The notes below the pieces were generated by a model. That model ran no database searches. It was given only the letters and a program-made list of their open reading frames with translations, and was not told where the DNA came from. Made by a program: the position numbers and the translations under genes. 57,642 bases of DNA from an uncultured Candidatus Saccharibacteria bacterium. Lineage in GTDB: Bacteria; Patescibacteriota; Minisyncoccia; Portnoybacterales; UBA2143. Of the stretch, positions 9,504 through 18,907 are shown piece by piece. Location: the NCBI GenBank assembly GCA_964594155.1, contig CAZQLH010000004.1:1-57642 (forward strand), given 5' to 3'. Within the stretch, counting starts at the first letter, position 1, and each line of letters opens with the position of its first letter.

Positions 9504-10616
9504 ATGCGAGTTGCTTTAGTTCATGATTATTTAAATCAGTATGGAGGGGCAGAAAGAGTATTAGAGGCATTTTGTCAGATTTTTCCCGAAGCGCCGATTT
9601 ATACTCTGCTTTATGATAAAAAAAGGACTGGCTTTGCCTTTGAAGGCCGTCAGATTTATACTTCTTTTTTACAAAAAGTTCCTTTTGTTAAATCTCATCA
9701 TCGTCCTTTTTTAATGTTAATGCCTTTGGCTGTTGAGCAGTTTGATTTTTCTCAATATGATTTGGTTCTTTCAGATTCAGCCAGTTATGCCAAAGGAATA
9801 ATCACTTCTCCAAAAACACTTCATATTTGTTATTGCCATACGCCTATTCGTTATGCCTGGGATGATTCTCATAAATACATTGAAGAGTTTGGTTATTCCA
9901 GGATAGTTAGAGGAATTATTCCTTTTTTTATGAACTATATTCGGCTTTGGGATGAACAAGCAGCAAGCAGGGTGGATAAATTTATTGCTAATTCCCAATT
10001 TGTGGCTGAACGAATAAGAAAGTACTATCATCAGGAATCAAAAGTTATTTATCCGCCAGTTAAGACAGATTTATTTCATTCAACTAAGAAGCCAGATGAC
10101 TATTTTTTAATGGTTGGCCGTTTTCTTCCTTATAAAAGGTTTGATTTAGCTATAGATGCTTTTAACCAGCTTGGCTGGCCTTTGAAAATTGTTGGAGATG
10201 GACCAGATAAAAACAAGTTAAAGAAAAGAGCTAAGGAGAATATAGAGTTTGTTGGCTTGGTTTCTGATGACAAGCTTAAAGATTATTATGCTCATTGCCA
10301 GGCATTTATCTTTCCTCAAGAAGAAGATTTTGGCATTACAGCTGTTGAAGCAATGGCTTCAGGCCGTCCAGTCATCGCTTTTGAAAGCGGCGGCGCCTTA
10401 GAAATTATTAAACCGAGCAGAACCGGCCTTTTTTTTAAGAAACAAACTTCAGATTATTTAATAGATGCTTTAAAAAAGTTTAAGACAATTGATTTTAACT
10501 CTGAAACTATCAAGCAAGAAGCAATCAAGTTTGATCAAGAAAGATTTAAAGAAAAAATTAAAAAATTTATTGATGAACATTGGAATCGACATCAGAGTTT
10601 TAGCCCGAGGAGCTAG
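9504..10616 (+). CDS. GT4 glycosyltransferase
   Basis: VALVHDYLNQYGGAERV, CYCHTP and EEDFGITAVEAMASG. Confidence 0.9.
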   Translation: MRVALVHDYLNQYGGAERVLEAFCQIFPEAPIYTLLYDKKRTGFAFEGRQIYTSFLQKVPFVKSHHRPFLMLMPLAVEQFDFSQYDLVLSDSASYAKGIITSPKTLHICYCHTPIRYAWDDSHKYIEEFGYSRIVRGIIPFFMNYIRLWDEQAASRVDKFIANSQFVAERIRKYYHQESKVIYPPVKTDLFHSTKKPDDYFLMVGRFLPYKRFDLAIDAFNQLGWPLKIVGDGPDKNKLKKRAKENIEFVGLVSDDKLKDYYAHCQAFIFPQEEDFGITAVEAMASGRPVIAFESGGALEIIKPSRTGLFFKKQTSDYLIDALKKFKTIDFNSETIKQEAIKFDQERFKEKIKKFIDEHWNRHQSFSPRS

Positions 10617-11718
10617 AACTGGCGTAGAAGAATATGCAATTAATCTTTTAGCCCATCTTTTAAGTTTAGAGAATAAGGTTAATTACAAGCTTTTCTATAA
10701 CGCCTATCAAAAAGTTAAGCTGAATTATGATTGGCTTTCTTTGGATAATGTTCAATTAAAAGACTTTAAAATTCCTAATCGTCTTTTTTTTGCCTTGGCC
10801 CGTTATTTTAACCAGCCAAAAATAGATAATTTGCTTAAAGGAGTTGATGTTTATTTCAACCCTCATTTTTTTATCGCTCCAGTATCTTCAAAATGCAAAA
10901 AGATTATTACTTTTCATGATTTGTCTTTTGAGCACTATCCAGAGTTTTTTTCTTGGCGCAAGAGAGCTTGGCATAAATTCTTAATGAACACGCGGCAAGA
11001 AGCTGAACAAGCTGATAAAATCATTGCTGTTTCAGAATCAACCAAGCAGGATTTAATTAATCTTTATGGAATTGAAAAAGAAAAGATAAAAGTAATTTAT
11101 TCAGGAGTAGGAAAGCAATTTAAAACCATATCTTCAAAATCTGATCTTAAAAACACATCTTTAAAGTATGGCCTGCCAAAAAGGTTTATCCTTTTTTTTG
11201 GCACTATTGAACCTCGCAAAAATATCATTGGATTGATTAAGGCCTTTGAAATATTAAAGGAGGGTCATTCATCAATTCCATCAGAATTGAAATTAGTTAT
11301 TGCTGGAACCAAAGGATGGCTTTATCAGGATATTTTTAGAACAGCTCAGGAATCAAGACATAGACGGGATATATTTTTTACTGGATTTATTAAAGAGCAA
11401 GACAAGCCTTGTTTATACAATTTAGCTGAGCTTTTTGTTTTCCCAAGTTTTTTTGAAGGATTCGGCTTTCCTCCTTTGGAAGCAATGGCTTGCGGTCTGC
11501 CAACAATTGTTTCTGGGAATTCTTCTTTGCCAGAAGTTGTTGGCTCAGGAGCTTTGATTATTGACCCTTTTAATATTGATGAAATGGCTTGGGCTATGGA
11601 AACAGCTTTGATTAACAAAAGCTTAAGAGAAAAGTTAATTCAAAAAGGCCTAAAACAGGCAAAAAAGTTTTCTTGGAAAAAATGCGCTCAAAAAACATTA
11701 AAAGTTCTAAAAGAATAA
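10573..11718 (+). CDS. GT4 glycosyltransferase
   Basis: Likely start MNIGIDIR at 10573; TFHDL, GTIEPRKN and EGFGFPPLEAMACG. Confidence 0.88.
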   Translation: MNIGIDIRVLARGARTGVEEYAINLLAHLLSLENKVNYKLFYNAYQKVKLNYDWLSLDNVQLKDFKIPNRLFFALARYFNQPKIDNLLKGVDVYFNPHFFIAPVSSKCKKIITFHDLSFEHYPEFFSWRKRAWHKFLMNTRQEAEQADKIIAVSESTKQDLINLYGIEKEKIKVIYSGVGKQFKTISSKSDLKNTSLKYGLPKRFILFFGTIEPRKNIIGLIKAFEILKEGHSSIPSELKLVIAGTKGWLYQDIFRTAQESRHRRDIFFTGFIKEQDKPCLYNLAELFVFPSFFEGFGFPPLEAMACGLPTIVSGNSSLPEVVGSGALIIDPFNIDEMAWAMETALINKSLREKLIQKGLKQAKKFSWKKCAQKTLKVLKE

Positions 11719-12836
11719 AGATTGGAATTGACGCACGGCTTTTTGGCCCTAAACAAACAGGGCCTGGTCGCTATGTTCAAAAGCTGATAGAGAATCTGGA
11801 AAAGATTGATTTGGATAATAAGTATATTATTTTTCTAAGAAAAGAAAATTGGGATGAATATCATCCTCAAAACCCAAACTTTAAAAAAGCTTTGGCTGAT
11901 TGTCATTGGTATACTTTAAAAGAGCAGATTATGATGCCTTTTAAGATTAGGCAGGCCAAGGTTGATTTAATGCATTTTCCTCATTTTAACGCCCCGATTT
12001 TTTGTTTTAAGCCGTTTGTGGTTACAATTCATGATTTAATCTTGAAAAGATTTCCTACTCGTCGGGATTCTGTTTCAGAGCCCTTTTTATACTGGTTTAA
12101 GAATTTAGCTTATCATTTAGTAATTTATTCAGCAGTTAAAAGGTCTAAAAAGATTATTGCTATTTCTAATTATACCAAGAAAGATATTTTGAAGTATTTC
12201 AAAGTTAATCCAAAAAAAATAAAAGTGGTTTACGAGGGCGTGCCAGATAATCCAAGGACCGTCATAGAAAATGATGTTCTTGGAACAAGGACGTCATTTT
12301 CAGGACGGTCCTTAAATAAGCCTTACTTGCTTTACGTAGGCAATGCTTATCCTCATAAAAACCTAGAGCGTTTAATCATGGCTTTTAATGGATTGAATAA
12401 AAAAAATGGGATGCAATTGGTTTTAGCTGGGCGATTAGACTATTTTTACAAAAAAATACAAAAGAGATTTTCAGGTTTTAAAAATATTGTTTTTACAGAT
12501 TTTGTTTTAGACAAAGATTTGCCAATCTTATACCAAAACGCTTCTCTTTATGTTTTTCCTTCTTTATGCGAGGGGTTTGGCTTGCCGCCTTTAGAAGCAA
12601 TGACTTTTCAAGTGCCAGTTGTTTGCTCAAAAGCAACTTGCTTGCCAGAGATTTTAGGCTCAGCTGCTGTTTATTTTAATCCAGAAGATATTGAAGACAT
12701 AGCTGAAAAAATATGGATGGTTTTAGAAGATAAAAATCTTCAGGAAAAACTAAAAATAGAAGGAAATAAGAGAATTAAAAAGTATAGCTGGCTAAAAATG
12801 GCTGAAGAAATATTGAGAGAGTATAGAAAGATATGA
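11673..12836 (+). CDS. GT4 glycosyltransferase (start uncertain, possibly ATA at 11715)
   Basis: KIGIDAR, TIHDL, GNAYPHKN and EGFGLPPLEAM; carries a 20-codon palindromic insert. Confidence 0.88.
   Translation: MEKMRSKNIKSSKRIKIGIDARLFGPKQTGPGRYVQKLIENLEKIDLDNKYIIFLRKENWDEYHPQNPNFKKALADCHWYTLKEQIMMPFKIRQAKVDLMHFPHFNAPIFCFKPFVVTIHDLILKRFPTRRDSVSEPFLYWFKNLAYHLVIYSAVKRSKKIIAISNYTKKDILKYFKVNPKKIKVVYEGVPDNPRTVIENDVLGTRTSFSGRSLNKPYLLYVGNAYPHKNLERLIMAFNGLNKKNGMQLVLAGRLDYFYKKIQKRFSGFKNIVFTDFVLDKDLPILYQNASLYVFPSLCEGFGLPPLEAMTFQVPVVCSKATCLPEILGSAAVYFNPEDIEDIAEKIWMVLEDKNLQEKLKIEGNKRIKKYSWLKMAEEILREYRKI
12254..12313. repeat. 60-bp in-frame palindromic insert in GT4
   Basis: AAGGACCGTC...GACGGTCCTT ends and inner GAAAATGATGTTCTTG/CAAGGACGTCATTTTC stem; read as PRTVIENDVLGTRTSFSGRSL. 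Confidence 0.8.
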
Positions 12837-12866
12837 TATAATATAATTAAATAATCACCTGATTTA

Positions 12867-15281
12867 ATGAGGCGTTTTTATCGTATGGAGGGAACTTCTA
12901 AAAACAAAAAAACAAAGCGTATTCTTTCTGCTTTGTTTGATGTCAGGCCTGTAACAGATGCAGGTAATTTAGATGTGGAAAAAATCAAACAGGTAAAATC
13001 AGTTATTGATTTAAGAGACATTAAAAAGGATTTTTACAAAAACAAAGAAAGAGTTTTGGATTTATCCAAAAAAAGCATTATTACCCAGCCATTAGAAGAA
13101 GAATTAACCAGAGAAGCAATATTAGCTGAATTGAATGAAATTGAATTTTCTGATAAGGTTTTGGAAGATACTCAGTTTGTTTCTGCTGAAAAGCAAAACG
13201 AAAAAAATAATCAAAAGAAAAAAAAGTTATTAAAAAAAGCATTTATTTTTGAGCAATTCTATTTTCCAGAAGTGGCTTCTAAAGCTTATTCTCCTTTAAT
13301 TCAATCTCAGCCTAAAACTTCAAAGACGTCAATAATCGGGTTTTTAATAGCTGGTTTTTTAATTGCTCTGACTATTCCTGGAGTAGCTTGGTTTGGCCAG
13401 GGAATAATTGTTAAGGATGATGTTTTAAGCAGCAGTTTATCTGCTTATCAGAATCTTTTGTCTGCCCAAGAATCATTAGAACAGGCTGACTGGCAAGCAG
13501 CTGAACAGAATTTTAATTCAGCTCATCTTAATTTTATTGAAGCTCATCAAGAAGTTAAAAAATTAGGCCAGATAACTTTGGGGATTTTAGAGCATTTGCC
13601 TGGCGGATCACTGGTTTCTTCAGGCAAGCATTTGGTTAAAGTGGGAGAAAGCTTGGCTTTTGCCGGGCAGTCCTTAGCATCAACAGTTAATCTATTTTCT
13701 TTAAACAGTTTATTAGGCAACTTTAATCTGTCTGAAAATTCTAATTCATTAACTGATTCAATTGCTTTAAGTCAGGATAATTTAGCAAAAGCATTAATGC
13801 AGATTCAGACAGCTAGTCAGGAACTTGGCCAGGTTAAATCTGAATCTCTGCCAGATGAAATTCAAACAGGAGTAATTTCTTTAAAAGAAAAATTGCCTTT
13901 GGTTGAAGAAATGCTTAACCAGTTTTTAAATTACTCAGGCGCTTTTTTAAAGATTTTAGGCCATGATAATCCCCGGCAATACCTATTAATCTTTCAGAAT
14001 AACAGCGAGATGAGAGCCACAGGAGGATTTATTGGCACTTATGGCCTTTTAACTTTAGACAAAGGGGAAATTAAAGAGCTTTTTATTGATGGCATTTTTA
14101 ATGCTGATGGCCAGCTTCATGAAAAAATCATTCCGCCAAGGCCAATTCAAAAAATTAGCACTGCTTGGTCAATGCATGATGCAAACTGGTTTGCTGATTT
14201 TCCAACTTCAGCTGAGAAAATAGAGTGGTTTTATGAAAAAACAGGCGGTGTAACAGTTGATGGGGTAATCAGTTTGACTCCAACTGTGATAGAGCGTCTT
14301 TTAAAATTAACTGGTCCAATATCCATGCCTGAATATGATGTTGTCTTAGACGCGAATAATTTTATTGAGCTGGTTCAGTATAAGGTGGAGATAGATTATG
14401 ATAAAACATTAAATAGGCCTAAGAAGATTTTAGCTGATTTTGCGCCTAAGTTTATTGAATCGCTAAACAGTCTTTCTTTTCAAGAAAGACAAAAAGCCAT
14501 AGATATTATTTTCAATTGTTTAACAGAAAAACACATCTTAGTTTATTTCAATAATCCATCTTTAGAAGAAATAGTAGTTAAGGAGGGTTGGGCAGGAGAG
14601 CTTTTAGAAACTGATAAGGATTATTTGAGCGTGGTTTCTTCTAATATTAACGGGTATAAGACGGATAAGATGATTAAAGAGACAATCAAGCATCAGGCAG
14701 AAATTCAACAGGATGGATCAATTATTGATACAATTACTATTACTCGCCATCATCAGGGCGGCAATTCAGAATATGATTGGTGGAATCGGGTTAATTCCAA
14801 TTATTTAAGAGTTTATCTGCCTTTGGGCAGTGAATTGATTTCAGCCCAAGGCCAGAGTTTGGAAATTTACCAGCCGCCAATTGATTATCAGAAACAGGGA
14901 TTTAAGACAGATTCATTGGTTAATTCCATTGAAAGCAGAATGATAATTGATAAAAAAACAGGCACTCGTATTTTTGAAGAGAATAATAAGACAGTTTTTG
15001 GCAATTGGGCTTATGTTAGTCCAGGCGAGACAGTTGTTTTGACTTATAAATACAAGCTTCCTTTTAAAATAAACTTGACTAAACCAATTAGTAATTATAG
15101 CCTATTAGCTCAGAAGCAATCAGGCAGCATTAACAGCCAATTCAGCCATCAATTGAAATTTCCAGCTGATTGGCAGGTTTCCTGGAAGTATCCAGATAAT
15201 CTAAATTTAGAATCAGGATTAATAAATCTTAATGCTGATTTAAAAACAGATAAGTTTTCTGGTGTAACTTTTGAACTATAG
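12867..15281 (+). CDS. DUF4012 domain membrane-anchored protein
   Basis: Single TM near aa 155-175 and YLLIFQNNSEMRATGGFIGTYG...DANWFADFPTSA...DGVISL, which I recognise as DUF4012-like; usual neighbour of CPR glycan clusters. Confidence 0.75.
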   Translation: MRRFYRMEGTSKNKKTKRILSALFDVRPVTDAGNLDVEKIKQVKSVIDLRDIKKDFYKNKERVLDLSKKSIITQPLEEELTREAILAELNEIEFSDKVLEDTQFVSAEKQNEKNNQKKKKLLKKAFIFEQFYFPEVASKAYSPLIQSQPKTSKTSIIGFLIAGFLIALTIPGVAWFGQGIIVKDDVLSSSLSAYQNLLSAQESLEQADWQAAEQNFNSAHLNFIEAHQEVKKLGQITLGILEHLPGGSLVSSGKHLVKVGESLAFAGQSLASTVNLFSLNSLLGNFNLSENSNSLTDSIALSQDNLAKALMQIQTASQELGQVKSESLPDEIQTGVISLKEKLPLVEEMLNQFLNYSGAFLKILGHDNPRQYLLIFQNNSEMRATGGFIGTYGLLTLDKGEIKELFIDGIFNADGQLHEKIIPPRPIQKISTAWSMHDANWFADFPTSAEKIEWFYEKTGGVTVDGVISLTPTVIERLLKLTGPISMPEYDVVLDANNFIELVQYKVEIDYDKTLNRPKKILADFAPKFIESLNSLSFQERQKAIDIIFNCLTEKHILVYFNNPSLEEIVVKEGWAGELLETDKDYLSVVSSNINGYKTDKMIKETIKHQAEIQQDGSIIDTITITRHHQGGNSEYDWWNRVNSNYLRVYLPLGSELISAQGQSLEIYQPPIDYQKQGFKTDSLVNSIESRMIIDKKTGTRIFEENNKTVFGNWAYVSPGETVVLTYKYKLPFKINLTKPISNYSLLAQKQSGSINSQFSHQLKFPADWQVSWKYPDNLNLESGLINLNADLKTDKFSGVTFEL

Positions 15282-15300
15282 TCGGCTATCCGATAGCCGA
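15282..15300. repeat. Palindrome TCGGCTATC-C-GATAGCCGA, copy 1
   Basis: Perfect inverted repeat directly after a TAG stop; same core at 16938-16956. Confidence 0.8.
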
Positions 15301-15310
15301 ATATATATTA

Positions 15311-16933
15311 ATGATTAAAAAACTTTTGAACAACCAATCAAGGAGCATTGCTTCAGCCGCTGTCATTTTAGGAGCGGCTTCTTTAATTAGCCGTGTTTTA
15401 GGCCTTATTCGCGATAGGGTTTTAGCTGGCCAATTCGGCGCTGGCAATGAATTGGATATTTATTATGCTGCTTTTCGCATTCCTGACTTAGTTTATTCTC
15501 TTTTGGTGGCTGGGGCTATTTCAGCCGGCTTTATCCCTATATTCATTGATTATTTAAATAAAGGAAAAACAAAAGAAAATTCAGATCATTGGTATTTGGC
15601 TAATAGCGTTCTTAATATTATGACTGTTTCTTTAATAGTTATTTGCTTCCTAGCTTCTATTTTTACTTCTTTGCTTGTTAAATTAGTAGCTCCTGGGTTT
15701 AGCCCTGATAAGCTTGCTGCAACTGTTGAGTTGACCAGAGTAATGTTTTTAGCGCCTATTTTCTTGGGCTTAAGCGCTGTCTTAGGCGGAATCTTACAGA
15801 GTTTCCGCCGTTTTTTTGTCTATTCTTTAGGCCCGATTATGTATAACCTAGGCATTATTTTCGGCGCTTTGGTTTTAGTTAGATATTATGGCCTTTTAGG
15901 ATTGTCTTATGGAGTGGTCATAGGCGCTTTTTGGCATATGGCAATCCAAGTTCCAGCTGCATATATGTGCGGGTTCAGATGGAAGCCAGTTTTTGATTTT
16001 AGATTTAAAGGAGTTAAGCGGATTTTAAAAGTAATGCCTCCAAGGGTTTTAAGCTTAACCTTAAGCCATATTAATTTTTGGATCATAACAATAATAGCTT
16101 CTTTTTTAGCCGTAGGCAGTATTGCTGTCTATAACTTAGCTCATAATATTTGGAGTTTTCCCTTAGGTGTTTTTGGAATTTCATTTGTTTTAGCCGCCTT
16201 TCCCAAGCTTTCAGAAACAGCTCAGAAAAATGATCTGGCTAATTTTGTAAAAACTTTTTCTTTGACTGCCCGCCAGATTCTGTTTTTTACTTTGCCAGCC
16301 ATGGTTTTTTTTATTGTTCTTAGGGCTCAAATAGTCAGGGTTATCTTAGGCACTGGCAGATTTGATTGGCAGGATACTGTTCTTACTTTGGAAACTTTAG
16401 CTTTTTTCTCCTTAGCTCTTTTTGCTGAAGCTTTAATCTTGCTTCTTTTACGAGGTTTTTTTGCCTGGGAAGACACTAAGACGCCTTTTTTGATTGGTTT
16501 GATTGCTACTGTTATTCGTTTGTCTTTAGCTTGGTTTTTTTCCCGTATTTTAGGCGTGTCTGGTTTAGCTTTAGGATTCTCAATAGGTTCTTTAATCTAT
16601 TTTTTCCTTCTTTTTATTGCTTTAAGGAAGAAAATTGGCGCTTTAGATGAGTATAGGATATTTGTTTCTGGAATAAAAATGCTATTTGCTTCTTTAGGAG
16701 CTGGAATAGCTGCATATATTACTCTTAATATATTAGCGCCTTTGGTTAATATGAATACTGGCTTAGGTATTTTTACTCAGGGATTTTTAGCTGGCCTGGT
16801 TGGCATTTTAATCTATTTCTTTTTATCCTGGCTTTTGCGCTTAAAAGAATTAAATCTTTTTTTATCTTCTTTGTTCAGTCGTTTGCCTTGGAAAAAATTT
16901 CCTGTGGAAATAAGGGAGGATAATGGGAGGTAG
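15311..16933 (+). CDS. murJ: Lipid II flippase MurJ (MviN)
   Basis: SRVLGLIRDRVLA..FGAG, AFRIPD..Y...GA.S..FIP; many TM helices; RGFFA..DTKTP. Confidence 0.92.
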   Translation: MIKKLLNNQSRSIASAAVILGAASLISRVLGLIRDRVLAGQFGAGNELDIYYAAFRIPDLVYSLLVAGAISAGFIPIFIDYLNKGKTKENSDHWYLANSVLNIMTVSLIVICFLASIFTSLLVKLVAPGFSPDKLAATVELTRVMFLAPIFLGLSAVLGGILQSFRRFFVYSLGPIMYNLGIIFGALVLVRYYGLLGLSYGVVIGAFWHMAIQVPAAYMCGFRWKPVFDFRFKGVKRILKVMPPRVLSLTLSHINFWIITIIASFLAVGSIAVYNLAHNIWSFPLGVFGISFVLAAFPKLSETAQKNDLANFVKTFSLTARQILFFTLPAMVFFIVLRAQIVRVILGTGRFDWQDTVLTLETLAFFSLALFAEALILLLLRGFFAWEDTKTPFLIGLIATVIRLSLAWFFSRILGVSGLALGFSIGSLIYFFLLFIALRKKIGALDEYRIFVSGIKMLFASLGAGIAAYITLNILAPLVNMNTGLGIFTQGFLAGLVGILIYFFLSWLLRLKELNLFLSSLFSRLPWKKFPVEIREDNGR

Positions 16934-16934
16934 C

Positions 16935-16959
16935 AATTCGGCTATCCGATAGCCGAATT
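16935..16959. repeat. Palindrome AATTCGGCTATC-C-GATAGCCGAATT, copy 2
   Basis: 12-bp perfect arms, between the murJ TAG and the lepA ATG. Confidence 0.8.
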
Positions 16960-16966
16960 ACGTTTT

Positions 16967-18763
16967 ATGTTAAATCAAAAAAACATTAGAAATTTCTGCA
17001 TTATTTCACATGTAGATCATGGCAAGTCAACTTTGGCTGACCGGTTTTTAGAATTGACTGGAGCTGTTGAGCAAAGGGAAATGCGCAAGCAGTATTTAGA
17101 TACCATGGATTTGGAAAGAGAAAAAGGAATTACGATTAAATTACAGCCAGTCAGGATGGAGTATAATAACTATATTTTAAATCTAATAGATACTCCTGGC
17201 CATGTTGATTTTACTTATGAAGTTTCAAGAAGCTTAGCTGCGGTTGAAGGCGCCATCTTGTTAGTTGATGCCAGTCAGGGCATTCAAGCCCAAACATTGG
17301 CTAATTTGCATTTAGCCCAGGACCCTTCGACAAACTCAGGGCAGGACAAAGTTATTATCCCAGTAATTAACAAGATTGATTTGAGCCATGCTCAAGTTAA
17401 AGAATCAGTTAAAGAATTAAGCCAGTTGTTGAAGATAGATGAGAAAAGTATTTTAAGAATTTCAGCTAAGCAGTCAATAAATATTGAACAGGTTTTAAAA
17501 GAAGTTATTGAAAAGATTCCAGCTCCAAAAGGAAACACTAAAGATCCTTTAAGGGCTTTAATCTTTGATTCTGTTTATGATTCATACAAAGGAGTGGTTG
17601 CTTTTGTTAGGGTTGTTGATGGACAGGTTAAAGCAGGAGATAAAATAGAGATGAAAGCTTCTAAGGCGCAAACTGATGTTATTGAGGTTGGAGTATTTAA
17701 GCCTCAATTAGATAAAACAGATATGCTTCAAGCAGGCGAGGTTGCATATATTGCCACCGGATTAAAAAATCTTGATCAATGCAGGGTTGGAGATACCATA
17801 ATTAGCATTAATGCTAAAACAGAATCTTTATCAGGGTATAAGGAGATCAGACCAGTTGTTTTTGCAAGTTTTTATCCTGCTGAAATAGATAATCATGATC
17901 TGTTAAAAGACAGCTTGGCTAGATTAAAATTAAGCGATGCTGCTTTGCAGTATGAGCCAGAGTCATGCGAAGGATTAGGCCGGGGTTTTCGCTGCGGATT
18001 CTTAGGAATGCTTCATTTGGAAATAGTTTTAGAACGGCTAAAGAGAGAATACAATTTAAATTTAGTAGTTACTTCGCCGTCAGTCAGCTACCAAGTAATT
18101 GACAAAAAACAAAAGAGCTTTATTGTTTCCTCTCCAGAAGACCTGCCTGAACCAAATCAAATTAAAGAAATTAAAGAACCTTGGGTTGATCTGGAAATTA
18201 TTGTTCCTAATCAATACTTAGGCCAAGTAATGAAATTATTGGAAGATATTAGGAATGAATACAAAGATACCCAATATTTAAGCCCAGAAAGGGTTTTAGT
18301 TAAATACCAGGCTCCGCTTAATGAAATCATTATTGATTTTTATGATAAATTAAAAAACACAACCTCTGGTTATGCTTCAATGAGCTATGAAGTAGCTGAT
18401 TATCGTTCAGCTGATTTAGTTAAATTAGATATTTTAATAGCTGGAGAAAGAACAGAAGCTTTTGCGCGCATTATTCATAAACAAAGACTTGATAAAGAAG
18501 CCAGAGCCTTAGTTAAAAGATTAAAAGAAATTATTCCTAAACAGCTTTTTGCTGTTGCTTTACAAGCTGCTGTCGGAGGAAAGGTTATTGCCAGGGAAAC
18601 AATTTCAGCTATGCGCAAGGATGTTACTGGCTATCTATATGGCGGAGATTATACCCGTAAAAAGAAATTATTGGAAAAGCAGAAAAAAGGCAAGAAGAAA
18701 ATGAAAGCTATTGGCAAAGTTAATATTCCTCAGGAAGTTTTCTTAAAAGTTTTGAGGAAATAA
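16967..18763 (+). CDS. lepA: Elongation factor 4
   Basis: IRNFCIISHVDHGKSTLADR, ERGITIK-like, DTPGHVDFTYEVSRSLAA, GFRCGFLGMLH and RKDVT...GGD.TRKKKLLEKQK. Confidence 0.97.
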   Translation: MLNQKNIRNFCIISHVDHGKSTLADRFLELTGAVEQREMRKQYLDTMDLEREKGITIKLQPVRMEYNNYILNLIDTPGHVDFTYEVSRSLAAVEGAILLVDASQGIQAQTLANLHLAQDPSTNSGQDKVIIPVINKIDLSHAQVKESVKELSQLLKIDEKSILRISAKQSINIEQVLKEVIEKIPAPKGNTKDPLRALIFDSVYDSYKGVVAFVRVVDGQVKAGDKIEMKASKAQTDVIEVGVFKPQLDKTDMLQAGEVAYIATGLKNLDQCRVGDTIISINAKTESLSGYKEIRPVVFASFYPAEIDNHDLLKDSLARLKLSDAALQYEPESCEGLGRGFRCGFLGMLHLEIVLERLKREYNLNLVVTSPSVSYQVIDKKQKSFIVSSPEDLPEPNQIKEIKEPWVDLEIIVPNQYLGQVMKLLEDIRNEYKDTQYLSPERVLVKYQAPLNEIIIDFYDKLKNTTSGYASMSYEVADYRSADLVKLDILIAGERTEAFARIIHKQRLDKEARALVKRLKEIIPKQLFAVALQAAVGGKVIARETISAMRKDVTGYLYGGDYTRKKKLLEKQKKGKKKMKAIGKVNIPQEVFLKVLRK

Positions 18764-18780
18764 GAAATTCTGATACACTT

Positions 18781-18888
18781 TTAATAGAACATCGGGGCTA
18801 TTAAAAAAACAATCATGCTTAAAACAATTAAGCTGGCTAAAATAATCCAGCTCCATCTAAATATCTTTTTTTGAGTAGATTGTTTCAT
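18781..18888 (-). CDS. Unannotated 35-aa single-pass membrane protein
   Basis: ATG 18888 to TAA 18781 reads MKQSTQKKIFRWSWIILASLIVLSMIVFLIAPMFY: basic N-terminus then one TM helix. Fills the gap exactly and has an extended -10 7 nt upstream. Confidence 0.65.
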   Translation of the reverse strand: MKQSTQKKIFRWSWIILASLIVLSMIVFLIAPMFY

Positions 18889-18907
18889 TTAATATATATT
18901 AACATAT
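18889..18907. promoter_or_regulatory. 19-bp bidirectional promoter candidate
   Basis: Perfect palindrome TTAATATATATTAA (18889-18902); a -10-like hexamer lies 7 nt before each divergent ATG. Confidence 0.5.
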
